Assembly (NCBI GenBank): GCA_964016885.1
Contig: OZ024762.1
Location: 16,492,001 to 16,556,000, forward strand
Direction: 5' to 3'
Source: Eledone cirrhosa
Lineage: Eukaryota
DNA: 64,000 bases
A model generated the notes under the pieces. The model made no database searches and had not been told where the DNA came from. It saw nothing but the letters and a program-made list of their open reading frames with translations. Positions 43,715 to 53,478 of the stretch are shown here, piece by piece (position 1 is the first letter of the stretch; each line of letters opens with the position of its first letter). The position numbers and the translations under genes were made by a program.

Positions 43715-45007
43715 CTTTTCATTGTACGACAACTACAGGAGAAGTACCTAGCTAAAAGTAAACCCCTATACTTAGCTTTCGTCGACTTGGAGAAAGCCTT
43801 CGACAGAGTCCCCCGTTCCATTATCTGGTGGTCTCTTAGAAAACTAGGTGTTGACGAATGGCTTGTGAGAGCTATACAAGCCATGTATAAAGAAACAGTC
43901 AGTAAGGTTAGAATTAACAACGAATATAGTGAAGAGTTTAGCGTAAAAGTTGGTGTCCATCAGGGCTCTGTTCTTAGCCCCCTACTATTTATTATTGCCC
44001 TTCAGGCTATAACAGAGGAGTTCAAGACCGGCTGCCCATGGGAACTCCTATACGCAGATGATCTAACGCTCATAGCTGAATCAATGACCGAACTAGAGAA
44101 GAAATTCCAAACATGGAAGCACGGCCTAGAATCAAAAGGCCTTAAAATTAACCTGGCTAAGACTAAAGTTCTAGTTTGTAGGAAAGAAAATAAGGCGGCG
44201 GTCCCATCTGGGAAATGGCCATGCTCAGTGTGCAGGAAAGGCGTAGGTAGAAACTCCATTTTATGTCCCAAATGCAAAGTATGGGTGCATAAAAGATGTA
44301 GTGGGATCACAGGTAAGCTAACTAAGAACATAGATTTTACATGTGGCCGGTGCTCTGGTGCAATAAGTAGCAGCAAATGCCCACAAAATACTAGCTCCTT
44401 CAACTGCGCAGAGGGTTCTATAGAAATAGTGGACAGCTTCCGTTATCTGGGTGACAAAATCAGCAGTGGGGGAGGGTGCTCTGAAAGTACAGTAGCTAGA
44501 GTCAGAACTGGATGGAAAAAGTTCAGAGAGCTTATACCACTATTAGCCGCTAGAGGGTTCTCCCTAAAAATGAAAGGCAGGTTATACGATGCCTGCATAC
44601 GAACAGCAATGCTGCATGGCAGTGAGACCTGGGCATTGTGTGCAGAGGATATACGCAGACTAGAGAGGAACGAAGCTTGCATGCTCCGCTGGATGTGCAA
44701 TAGTAATATACGTGAACGGCAAAGCATAAACGAACTAAGGAAAAAATTAGAAATAAGAGGGATCAGATGTTGTTTACTCGAGAGAAGGCTACGTTGGTAC
44801 GGTCACGTGATGCGCATGAAAGATGACAGCTGTATAACAAAGTGCAGGGCAATAAAGATAGACGGTAGCCACGGAGTAGGCAGACCCAGAAAAACATGGG
44901 ACGAGCTGATAAATTCCGACCTCACACGCTTACACCTCTCCAAGACAATGTCACTGGACCGAGACCTTTGGCGGTACTCAGTAATAGAGAAGACCCGCCT
45001 TACCTAA
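43715..45007 (+). pseudogene. RTE reverse transcriptase C-terminal half, stop-free, with internal PHD-like finger
   Basis: LFIVRQLQEKY..FVDLEKAFDRVPR, GVHQGSVLSPLLF, LYADD, FRYLG, LHGSETW, RRLRWYGHV, GRPRKTW are RTE-clade motifs. Confidence 0.92.
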
Positions 45008-45516
45008 ATACAAAGTAAAAACCTACTACAGTCAGTAGGCATCTCTATCAAAACACACCCCCGTCCCACCACCTCCACCCCACCCACACCACCCCTTTCA
45101 ATGTAAAGTTATGTTGGTCCCACAACATCCGGGCCGAAACAAATGAGATCGTGTAGGTGTCACGACAAAAAACACACAGTCCACGCTGTAAATGTGGCCG
45201 TGTAGGCAACACGGTAAAAACCTCCCAGCCCCACACTGTAAATGTGGTTGGTGTTAGGAAGGGCATCCAGCTGTAGAAAACCCGCCAGACAGTCCACGCT
45301 GTAATGTGGCCGTGTAGGCAACACGGTAAAAACCTCCCAGCCCCACACTGTAAATGTGGTTGGTGTTAGGAAGGGCATCCAACTGTAGAAAACCCGCCAG
45401 ACAGTCCTATGCGAGCAAGACAACCACTCTTGCCTCAAGTGGGAAAACCCTCGTCCAAACCCATGCAAGCGTGGAACACGGACGCTAAACCTGATGATGA
45501 TGATGATGATGATGAT
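43715..45516 (+). mobile_element. 5'-truncated RTE-clade LINE with long 3' UTR and (GAT)n tail
   Basis: RT ORF, then about 490-nt UTR ending ccatgcaagcgtggaacacggacgctaaacc(tga)n. Possible 5-bp TSD atact. Inserted in the 72-bp satellite. Confidence 0.92.
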
Positions 45517-46400
45517 ACTATTATATTTTCACGGTAAAGGCTTTACCTCACATAATATCTCACATAACATTTACATTACTCTATATATACTATTGTATTT
45601 TCACAGTAAAGGCTTTACCTCACATAATATCTCACATAACATTTACATTACTCTATATATACTATTGTATTTTCACAGTAAAGGCTTTACCTCACATATT
45701 ATCTCACATAACATTTACATTACTCTATATATACTATTGTATTTTCACAATAAAGGCTTTACCTCACATAATATCTCACATAACATTTACATTACTCTAT
45801 ATATACTATTGTATTTTCACAGTAAAGGCTTTACCTCACATAACATTTACATTACTCTATATATACTATTGTATTTTCACAGTAAAGGCTTTACCTCACA
45901 TAACATTTACATTACTCTATATATACTATTGTATTTTCACAGTAAAGGCCTCACATAATATCTCACATAACATTTACATTACTCTATATATACTATTGTA
46001 TTTTCACAGTAAAGGCTTTACCTCACATAATATCTCACATAACATTTACATTACTCTATATATACTATTGTATTTTCACAGTAAAGGCTTTACCTCACAT
46101 AATATCTCACATAACATTTACATTACTCTATATATACTATTGTATTTTCACAATAAAGGCTTTACCTCACATAATATCTCACATAACATCTCGTATACGA
46201 GAGACGTGTGTTGACGTGTGTGAACAAGCTCGGATACCGAGTCGGATTTACTTACTCAAAAAGTGAGTTTTGATTAATTTTTTTATACTGTAATATACGT
46301 TAACCCCTTGCCTTGGTCGTCAAACTTTGAGTTTATTTATTTTCGCCCCTTTTTGGGGCGAATTTTCCAGTTAAAAATTTATTACGGCAAACTAATAGAA

Positions 46401-48143
46401 ATGGACGGAATTTTCACATCTCATCCTAACGTGAAAGCCACGCCCCCTAAGAAAGGTGATACAGAGAAGCTAGAAGCACAAGGCTCTAAGTCTTCCCTCC
46501 TCACTTCTGCAAAAGAAACATGGAACACGGAATTAAAAGAAAAATTTGAAAAAATGGGTGAAAACCCAGAAAGTCACATAAACGCAGACAAAAACAACAA
46601 CGACAATAACAGCAATAGTCACAACACCAACCAAGGAAAAAATAACGATAACACCAAACAAAGCGAACCCACTACTGGTACCTCCTTTGCACAGGCGGTC
46701 CGGAAAACACAAACCTGCAAGCAACTGGACATTACAACTCTGAGAGAAAAGATGAAGGAAGCGAAACAGTATGTAACTTTCAAAGAAGGAGGAGACTTCA
46801 CAATCACCTCCCCACAAGAAATCAAAAGAGACACGACGCTAAGAACGATATCTTTCAGAACAATTTCCAACATAACAAGGAAACCAACTCAATTATCCCA
46901 AAAAGAGATTGAGCTGGTCCTAAAAAATGTGTGGAGTGATATATCGTTCATACAAAAAGGGCCACTCTATGGGAATATAACGGTCCTAATGAAGGATCAA
47001 TTGACGGCCAGGAAATACTCTGTGGCACCAATTGTTTCCAAGCTACATACATTTTTCCCCACATATTTAGGGAAAAGAACGCAGAAGATAAGGGTCTCCG
47101 GAATCCGGCCAAATGCATGCATTTCCTGGGTACTAACAGGGTTTTTAGAAGACGAGGACGGAATCCTCTCAGTAGGAGAAGTCACCACAGACGTTTTCGG
47201 CGGTTTGAGCGTGGAGGTTCTGGTCCAAATGAGACCAGAACGAATCGCTAGAATACCACAGAGGGTGTCCCTCGATGGAGAAACATTTATATATATTTCA
47301 GCCGAGGGTAGGAGGCCCATATGTTACTACTGTTCAAGCAGGGGTCATCTAAGGGCTGCTTGTCCTCAATTGACAAAAAAAAAGGCTCTTTTGCCTACAC
47401 CCCACACACCACCACCGCCACCACCACCACCACCACCACCTCCACCACCACCACCACAACAACAACAAAAACAACAGGGAAAAATAACACAAGACACGGC
47501 CCCACCCAAAACAACTCCCAAAACACACACAAATACAACAAAACCCCAAAATACACCACTACCCGACAGCACGGACGAGGACCCAGCGGAAACGGCACCT
47601 AGTGACGAAGAGGGGGAACCCTTCCAACCTGTAAAAAGGAAAAAAAGAAAGCACCACTCGAACATAAACGAAACAAACACACAACCACCAACAAAAACAA
47701 AACAAACAGAACAAACAAAATCCGCCCCACCCCAAAACATAACACATACAACAAAACGTAAGCACACACAAGAACAACAAACAAACACAACACAAATAAA
47801 ACAGTATACATACATTAACACAAATAACAAAGAACTAGTAAAAACAATACACAAAGACCCTTTGGTGGAAACTGAAGGACAATTCTTTGCAAGCGCGGCC
47901 AACAAACCGCATTTAAAAATGATAAGACTCCCAATGGACACCTATGCAAAACTAAGAGAGAACTTTCCTGAGGACGTGGGGAAAACATGTACTCGACCCT
48001 ATAACCGCGTCCTCTTGAAACGTTTCCCCACCCACACCTCACCAAACACCCCCACTCCACCACAGAACAACACCCCACCAAACAACCCCTCCAATACGCC
48101 CATGGATATTGTGCAACCTGCTCCTCAGGAGCCGAACAGGTAG
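46401..48143 (+). CDS. LINE ORF1p (gag-like nucleic-acid chaperone with CCHC zinc knuckle)
   Basis: First ATG at 46401 (MDGIFTS...). Contains SFAQAV, the CYYCSSRGHLRAAC knuckle, a poly-Pro/Gln tract and FQPVKRKKRK. Lies directly upstream of ORF2. Confidence 0.88.
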   Translation: MDGIFTSHPNVKATPPKKGDTEKLEAQGSKSSLLTSAKETWNTELKEKFEKMGENPESHINADKNNNDNNSNSHNTNQGKNNDNTKQSEPTTGTSFAQAVRKTQTCKQLDITTLREKMKEAKQYVTFKEGGDFTITSPQEIKRDTTLRTISFRTISNITRKPTQLSQKEIELVLKNVWSDISFIQKGPLYGNITVLMKDQLTARKYSVAPIVSKLHTFFPTYLGKRTQKIRVSGIRPNACISWVLTGFLEDEDGILSVGEVTTDVFGGLSVEVLVQMRPERIARIPQRVSLDGETFIYISAEGRRPICYYCSSRGHLRAACPQLTKKKALLPTPHTPPPPPPPPPPPPPPPPQQQQKQQGKITQDTAPPKTTPKTHTNTTKPQNTPLPDSTDEDPAETAPSDEEGEPFQPVKRKKRKHHSNINETNTQPPTKTKQTEQTKSAPPQNITHTTKRKHTQEQQTNTTQIKQYTYINTNNKELVKTIHKDPLVETEGQFFASAANKPHLKMIRLPMDTYAKLRENFPEDVGKTCTRPYNRVLLKRFPTHTSPNTPTPPQNNTPPNNPSNTPMDIVQPAPQEPNR

Positions 48144-48164
48144 GTCCTTCCTCTTTTAACCAAC

Positions 48165-51100
48165 ATGGCTGATATAAGAGTTGGGTGTCTGAATGTACGT
48201 GGCCTGGGACTGTCTTGGAAACAAGGCAAACTTTTAAACGATCTCAGGTCGCATAGAATGGATGTAATGGCTATTTGCGAGTCCAGGATCAGCAGCGAGC
48301 ACCAACTGGCGCCCCTCTTCGACGACTTTGAGATCTTCGCATCTCTCTGTCAACCGGGGGGTGGGGGTGGAGTTGTCGTTCTGCTGCGAAAACACCTGGG
48401 CCTCGCCATACAGAAGGTGCACCTGGACCCGGAGGGTCGACTGGTGGTTTTAGACGTCGGCAGTAGTGAAAGTGGAGCCCTTAGACTAATAGCTGTGTAC
48501 GCCCCTTTTTGGGCAGCGCGGCCGGAATACTTCCAACGTCTGGAAACTTTTCTGGGAACGTCCCGCTCCTTGCTTTTAGTGGGGGACTGGAATGGTATCC
48601 TGGATGCACGTTGGGACTATGTAGGGGCATGTGCCAATAGAGGGGGGTGTAAAAGCCTCAAAAGGTTAATCGGCCGATTTGACCTGGCCGATAGATATCG
48701 ACTAGATTTTCCGACTGTACCACTATGGACGTGGACCAATCGCAGTGGAACATCTAGGTCGTACCTAGATAGGGTCCTAGTTAGAGAGAACGATAGGGAC
48801 ACATTTAGCTGTCCAAAAATGTTCATGGTTGACTATTCGGATCACAAGTTAGTGACCTGCATAGCCAACCTTGATAGAACCCATAGACAGGGACCCGGTT
48901 ACTGGAAGCTGAACTTGTCCTTACCGAGAAGCAAAGCTTACAGTAAACGGATTAGCACGTTAGTTAAGCAGAGTTTGACAGGGGCAATTGTCAACAACAG
49001 GTGGTGGAGCTCTCTTAAGAGAGCAATTAGAATAGAATCGATAGGTTTTAGTCAGGAATTAGCAAGGGATAGGAACAAGACGGAAAGGGAATTAGTAGAT
49101 AGAGTAGAAGAGGCGATTAGGAGTGGCAATGTAGCCGGCGTGCTGGCATCAAGAATGGCCTTAGACCAGTTCTTTGAGGTGAAGCATGAAGGCTGCGTTG
49201 TCAGAAGTAAAATACGTGCTCTGGGTAATGAGGGAGCCAAAGCTGTAAGCTGGGCCCGAGTGACAGAGGCAAAAAGTGGGAACAAGTCCACGATTCGGTC
49301 TTTGAAGAACCAGGATGGGCGTGTGATCCTTGAACCTGGGCAGATGTGTGCGGCCTTTCAGCGGCACTTTGCACGACTGTTCGAGAGGGGCGGCGCGCCG
49401 GGTGAGACTATGGATTTCAATCCATACCTCGACGGTCTGCCGCGCCTCTCGGACGCGGAGGCGAAGTCCTGCGAAAGGACGATTTCAGCTGCTGAGATAG
49501 GGGCGGCGCTGAGCCAATGCGGCAAACGCAAATCCCCGGGTCTCGATGGTCTACCATACGAGCTATATGTAGCAATGCCGGACTTGTTCTCCGATATCCT
49601 CGAAGCGGTCTACTGCAACTGGCAGCAGAACGGGAGAATTCCCAGTTCTGTGACCAAGGGCGTAGTTACGCTGGTGAGGAAGGATGAGAACAAGGGGGAT
49701 GACATAAGTAACTTCAGGCCCATAACTCTGCTAAATACAGAGTTAAAGATTTTGGCCAAGGTGTTAGCGAAGAGGTTGGCGCTTGTCGTTGGAAACCTGG
49801 TGGGAGAAGCGCAGACATGCGCAATCCCGTCCAGGTCCATTCACGACAATCTCCACCTTATGCGATACATCATAGAGAGGGTAGGGAATGAACCCGGCTT
49901 TGGTGGGGCCCTGATCAACTTGGATCAATCTAAAGCTTTCGATAGGGTTGACCATCGTTACCTGGATGCGGTGCTCGCGGCGGCAGGCTTCGGACCCGTT
50001 TTCAGGGGTTGGATTGCTGCGATGCACAGCAGCAACGTCTGCTCAAGGGTCAAGGTGAACGGCCACCTCTCGGAGCCGTTCCAAATCATGCGATCCATCC
50101 GACAGGGATGCCCTCTCTCCTCCCTACTGTATGTGCTGGCTCTTGAGCCACTACTGCGGAAGTTGGAGCGGTTGCAGGGCATCCCTTTGGAACCGGGATT
50201 GCAGAAAGCGGCGTCGGCCTACGCCGATGACGTGACAGTAATGGTGTCGAAAACCTCGCAAATCGGTGAGATCGGCACCTTACTGGAGGAATATGAAAGG
50301 TTTACAGGAGCCAAGCTGAACCGGGACAAGTCCGTCGGTTTGCAACTCGGAACATGGAGAGGCAAACCGATGCCCTCCAACGACGTCGTCGGACGCTGGA
50401 CGGAGGGCCCGGTGAAGCTGCTTGGGGTCTGGTTCGGACCAGACCTCCAGGTGGAGAAAAACTGGAACGAGGTAACGGCCAGGGTGTTTGCACTCACCCA
50501 GAAGTGGGCCCAGTGCAAACTATCCCTGAAAGGTCGAGCGGAGGTGGCGAATACTTATATAGCATCCGTCATCTACTACCGCTTGACCGTCGTGCCTTGC
50601 CCAGTGAAAAGACTCGCCAAAATGGAGTGCGCGCTGTTCCAATTTCTTTGGAACAAGCGGACCCCTTTGGTGAGGAGATCCATCTGCTGTCAACACCCTT
50701 CGAAAGGAGGGCTGGGGATGCCGTGGCTACAGATGCGTAAACACGCATTAAGGCTACGGCACCTCCAGGTATTCCTCACCGGTCAACCGGTGTGGGCCCC
50801 GTTTGTGAGGCGAGCCTTTCCCAGACTCGTCTCGCTCACCGAGCTGCAATCCTGGGTCAAGCAAAGACCGAGAAAAGTGGGCGACTGGCACATTGAATGT
50901 GCCCAGGCGCTCACGGCCCTCTGGAAAGCGGACCCGGCAATCAGTGGAGACTCCACCTCGACATTCTATAGAGGGTTGGTACGCAGCAGGTGCGACGATG
51001 CTCTCGGAGAAGCTCTAGGCATGGAGGAAGATGAACTGGCCAGTCTGTTCGGTAGGACGTTTGGCCCTGGACCGATGGACAACTTCCAAAAGTCCCTGGC

Positions 51101-51602
51101 TTGGCAGTGCTACCGAGGGGCTCTACCCGTTCGAGACAAGCTCCACAGGCATGGGAGCCTGGGTAGAGATCCTTTGAATAAGATCTGTCCGAGATGCGTG
51201 CATGATGACGAAACCGTTGCGCACGCATTCGTACACTGCCCAGGCATTGCTGACCTGTGGGGCTATGTGGAACGACTACTGTCGAGGGTGGGACCAATCC
51301 GGTTGACCACCGAGTCCATTGTCACGATCAAACCGCCTCCCCCTTTCAAAAACGAAGGAGAGGCGGTTTTTCTCTGTGTGGTAGCCATGGCTAAAGAAGT
51401 TGTATGGTGGACGAGGCTGAAAGGGCTGAGGTCAGACACCTTTCTCTCCGGCCAACAACTGGTCCCCTTTTTCAAATACCATTTTAAAAGAAGGATCAGA
51501 ATGGAGAGAGAGGTGCTCTACCCCAGCAAGTTTTATGAAAGGTGGGTGAAAGTAGGGAGAATGGCCAGAGTGAATGGGTCTTCTCTCTATATCAGCCTGT
51601 AG
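48165..51602 (+). CDS. LINE ORF2p: APE endonuclease + reverse transcriptase + C-terminal CCHC
   Basis: 1145-aa uninterrupted ORF. APE motifs LNVRGL, GDWNG, YLDRV, SDH; RT motifs SPGLDG, NFRPITLLN, LDQSKAFDRV, RQGCPLS, YADD; C-terminal CPRC..HAFVHC. Confidence 0.97.
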   Translation: MADIRVGCLNVRGLGLSWKQGKLLNDLRSHRMDVMAICESRISSEHQLAPLFDDFEIFASLCQPGGGGGVVVLLRKHLGLAIQKVHLDPEGRLVVLDVGSSESGALRLIAVYAPFWAARPEYFQRLETFLGTSRSLLLVGDWNGILDARWDYVGACANRGGCKSLKRLIGRFDLADRYRLDFPTVPLWTWTNRSGTSRSYLDRVLVRENDRDTFSCPKMFMVDYSDHKLVTCIANLDRTHRQGPGYWKLNLSLPRSKAYSKRISTLVKQSLTGAIVNNRWWSSLKRAIRIESIGFSQELARDRNKTERELVDRVEEAIRSGNVAGVLASRMALDQFFEVKHEGCVVRSKIRALGNEGAKAVSWARVTEAKSGNKSTIRSLKNQDGRVILEPGQMCAAFQRHFARLFERGGAPGETMDFNPYLDGLPRLSDAEAKSCERTISAAEIGAALSQCGKRKSPGLDGLPYELYVAMPDLFSDILEAVYCNWQQNGRIPSSVTKGVVTLVRKDENKGDDISNFRPITLLNTELKILAKVLAKRLALVVGNLVGEAQTCAIPSRSIHDNLHLMRYIIERVGNEPGFGGALINLDQSKAFDRVDHRYLDAVLAAAGFGPVFRGWIAAMHSSNVCSRVKVNGHLSEPFQIMRSIRQGCPLSSLLYVLALEPLLRKLERLQGIPLEPGLQKAASAYADDVTVMVSKTSQIGEIGTLLEEYERFTGAKLNRDKSVGLQLGTWRGKPMPSNDVVGRWTEGPVKLLGVWFGPDLQVEKNWNEVTARVFALTQKWAQCKLSLKGRAEVANTYIASVIYYRLTVVPCPVKRLAKMECALFQFLWNKRTPLVRRSICCQHPSKGGLGMPWLQMRKHALRLRHLQVFLTGQPVWAPFVRRAFPRLVSLTELQSWVKQRPRKVGDWHIECAQALTALWKADPAISGDSTSTFYRGLVRSRCDDALGEALGMEEDELASLFGRTFGPGPMDNFQKSLAWQCYRGALPVRDKLHRHGSLGRDPLNKICPRCVHDDETVAHAFVHCPGIADLWGYVERLLSRVGPIRLTTESIVTIKPPPPFKNEGEAVFLCVVAMAKEVVWWTRLKGLRSDTFLSGQQLVPFFKYHFKRRIRMEREVLYPSKFYERWVKVGRMARVNGSSLYISL

Positions 51603-52712
51603 GTGAAAGAAGAGGAAAAAGAGGAGACGAGGGAAGCACCTACTCTTTGTGCTCCTGAGGAGAAGGGTTACACATTTTTTCCGGGGTGTGTGCGACCCAT
51701 GTTAATGCCCCCTCCCTATTGAGGACTTCGTTTGTTGTTGTTATTTCATTGTTATATTTTTGTACTCGTTAATTATATGTAAACTTCCCCCCTTGTATCT
51801 GTCCCTACCTTTTGTGCCCTAGTGGCAAATAAAGAAACCACTCTATATATACTATTGTATTTTCACAGTAAAGGCTTTACCTCACATAATATCTCACATA
51901 ACATTTACATTACTCTATATATACTATTGTATTTTCACAGTAAAGGCTTTACCTCACATAATATCTCACATAACAGTTACATTACTCTATATATACTATT
52001 GTATTTTCACAATAAAGGCTTTACCTCACATAATATCTCACATAACATTTACATTACTCTATATATACTATTGTATTTTCACAGTAAAGGCTTTACCTCA
52101 CATAATATCTCACATAACATTTACATTACTCTATATATACTATTGTATTTTGACAGTAAAGGCTTTACCTCACATAATATCTCACATAACATTTACATTA
52201 CTCTATATATACTATTGTATTTTCACAGTAAAGGCTTTACCTCACATATCTCACATAATATTTACATTACTCTATATATACTATTGTATTTTCACAGTAA
52301 AGGCTTTACCTCACATAATACCTCACATAACATTTACATTACTCTATATATACTATTGTATTTTCACAGTAAAGGCTTTACCTTACATATCTCACATAAC
52401 ATTTACATTACTCTATATTTACTATTGTATTTATGGTCGGTTTGAACAGAAAGAGGTGAAAGAATTCTGGCCGGATATGGTCGGTTTAAATGCTAAAAGG
52501 TTAAAGTGTTAGAAAATGTTAAAAATAGCAGCCAAATCTACCTGTCAATAAATATTCATCTGTATCTAAATTCCATCAGAATTGTCATCTCCATATTTTA
52601 ATATGTATCTCTACAAAATTTCAATTAAAAATATTCATTATTAAAATAGGTATTAAAATGTTATCGGGGGGTGGTTGTAATTTAGAAATATTTCTGTGAG
52701 CAAAGGGAAAAA

Positions 52713-53060
52713 CATCACCATTTACTGTCCATTGTCCATGCTAGCATGGGTTAGACAGGTTGTCCTGTGAAAGAAGTCAGATCAGATGACTGTCTTGCTC
52801 ACACAGAACCATTTCTGGCTTGGTTTCTACAACTGGATGCCCTTCCTAATGTCAACTTTTCTTTACCTCCCCCATCCTAAACAACCTTCATCCACACACA
52901 CCCACTTCCGTGTTACCTTCTTTTCAGCATCAGTGAGGGCAAGTACTCTGTTGTCATCACGTACAAAATTCTCCCCAACAATATCACAATTTTCCCTGAC
53001 ACATTGTCTCGCAATCCTGAACACCTCCCACCCTTCGTCCTCGTTGGATGGATCCTATTC
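52713..53060 (-). mobile_element. Old RTE-tail/SINE fragment plus RTE ORF linker fragment
   Basis: ccatgctagcatgggtt..ggatgcccttcctaa tail motif. 52910-53060 reads VFRIARQCVRENCDIVGENFVRDDNRVLALTDAEKK on the minus strand. Confidence 0.55.
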
Positions 53061-53211
53061 AGCACAGCATATATATATATATATGCATGTTTATACACCA
53101 CACACATTAGGGTTATATATATATATATATATTTATATAACCCTAACCCTGTAAAGATGAAAAGCCTCACTGGCGCTGCATTATTTGAACTCAGAACAAA
53201 TAAAAGCAAAA

Positions 53212-53226
53212 TTTATTTAATTTATT
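53212..53226 (-). promoter_or_regulatory. Candidate TTLL12 polyadenylation signals (2x AATAAA)
   Basis: tttatt at 53212-53217 and 53221-53226, 80-90 nt past the stop codon. The context is AT-rich, so this could be chance. Confidence 0.35.
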
Positions 53227-53303
53227 TTAATATTTCAGGGTTTTCTTCTTACTTTTTTTTGGTGGGGGCTGGGATAACTAAAGTTATTGTCATATTGTTG
53301 TGT

Positions 53304-53452
53304 TCATATTTCAATAATTGGTCTGTTCTTTATGTCGTCAAGAAAGAGACAACTAAAGACATCGTTAGTGAAGGTAGGATGAAACTTATTAGCACGATGG
53401 CAATCAGGAACAAAATTTACTTCACATATCACTGGCTGAATTGTTTTGTTGC
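53304..53452 (-). CDS. TTLL12: TTLL12 terminal coding exon, 149 bp including TGA
   Basis: ttctttctctccaattcAG|gcaac...; phase 1 matches the previous exon. Translates (G)NKTIQPVICEVNFVPDCHRANKFHPTFTNDVFSCLFLDDIKNRPIIEI*, containing the TTL 'EVNxxPD' motif. Confidence 0.93.
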
Positions 53453-53478
53453 CTGAATTGGAGAGAAAGAAATTTTAA

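Larger units (their letters stand above)
46190..51838 (+). mobile_element. Full-length Tx1/L1-clade non-LTR retrotransposon
   Basis: About 210-nt 5' UTR, ORF1, 21-nt spacer, ORF2, and about 235-nt 3' UTR ending ...gtggcaaataaagaaa. Interrupts the 72-bp satellite. Confidence 0.95.
43215..52430. repeat. 72/60-bp satellite split into three blocks (43215-43714, 45517-46189, 51839-52430) by two LINE insertions
   Basis: Unit ctctatatatactattgtattttcacagtaaaggctttacctcacat[aatatctcacat]aacatttacatta. Confidence 0.95.

Noticed and set aside
46308-46400. TTG-initiated N-terminal extension of ORF1
   Set aside because: In a eukaryotic context the first ATG at 46401 is the more plausible start.
43188-52445. 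ORFs with repeating YITLYILLYFHSKGFTSHNISHN
   Set aside because: Frame-preserving 72/60-bp satellite, interrupted by two LINEs; no evidence of coding function.
52434-52504. Possible piggyBac-like terminus (..aaatgctaaaaggTTAA)
   Set aside because: Only one end is visible, with no matching TIR in the window.
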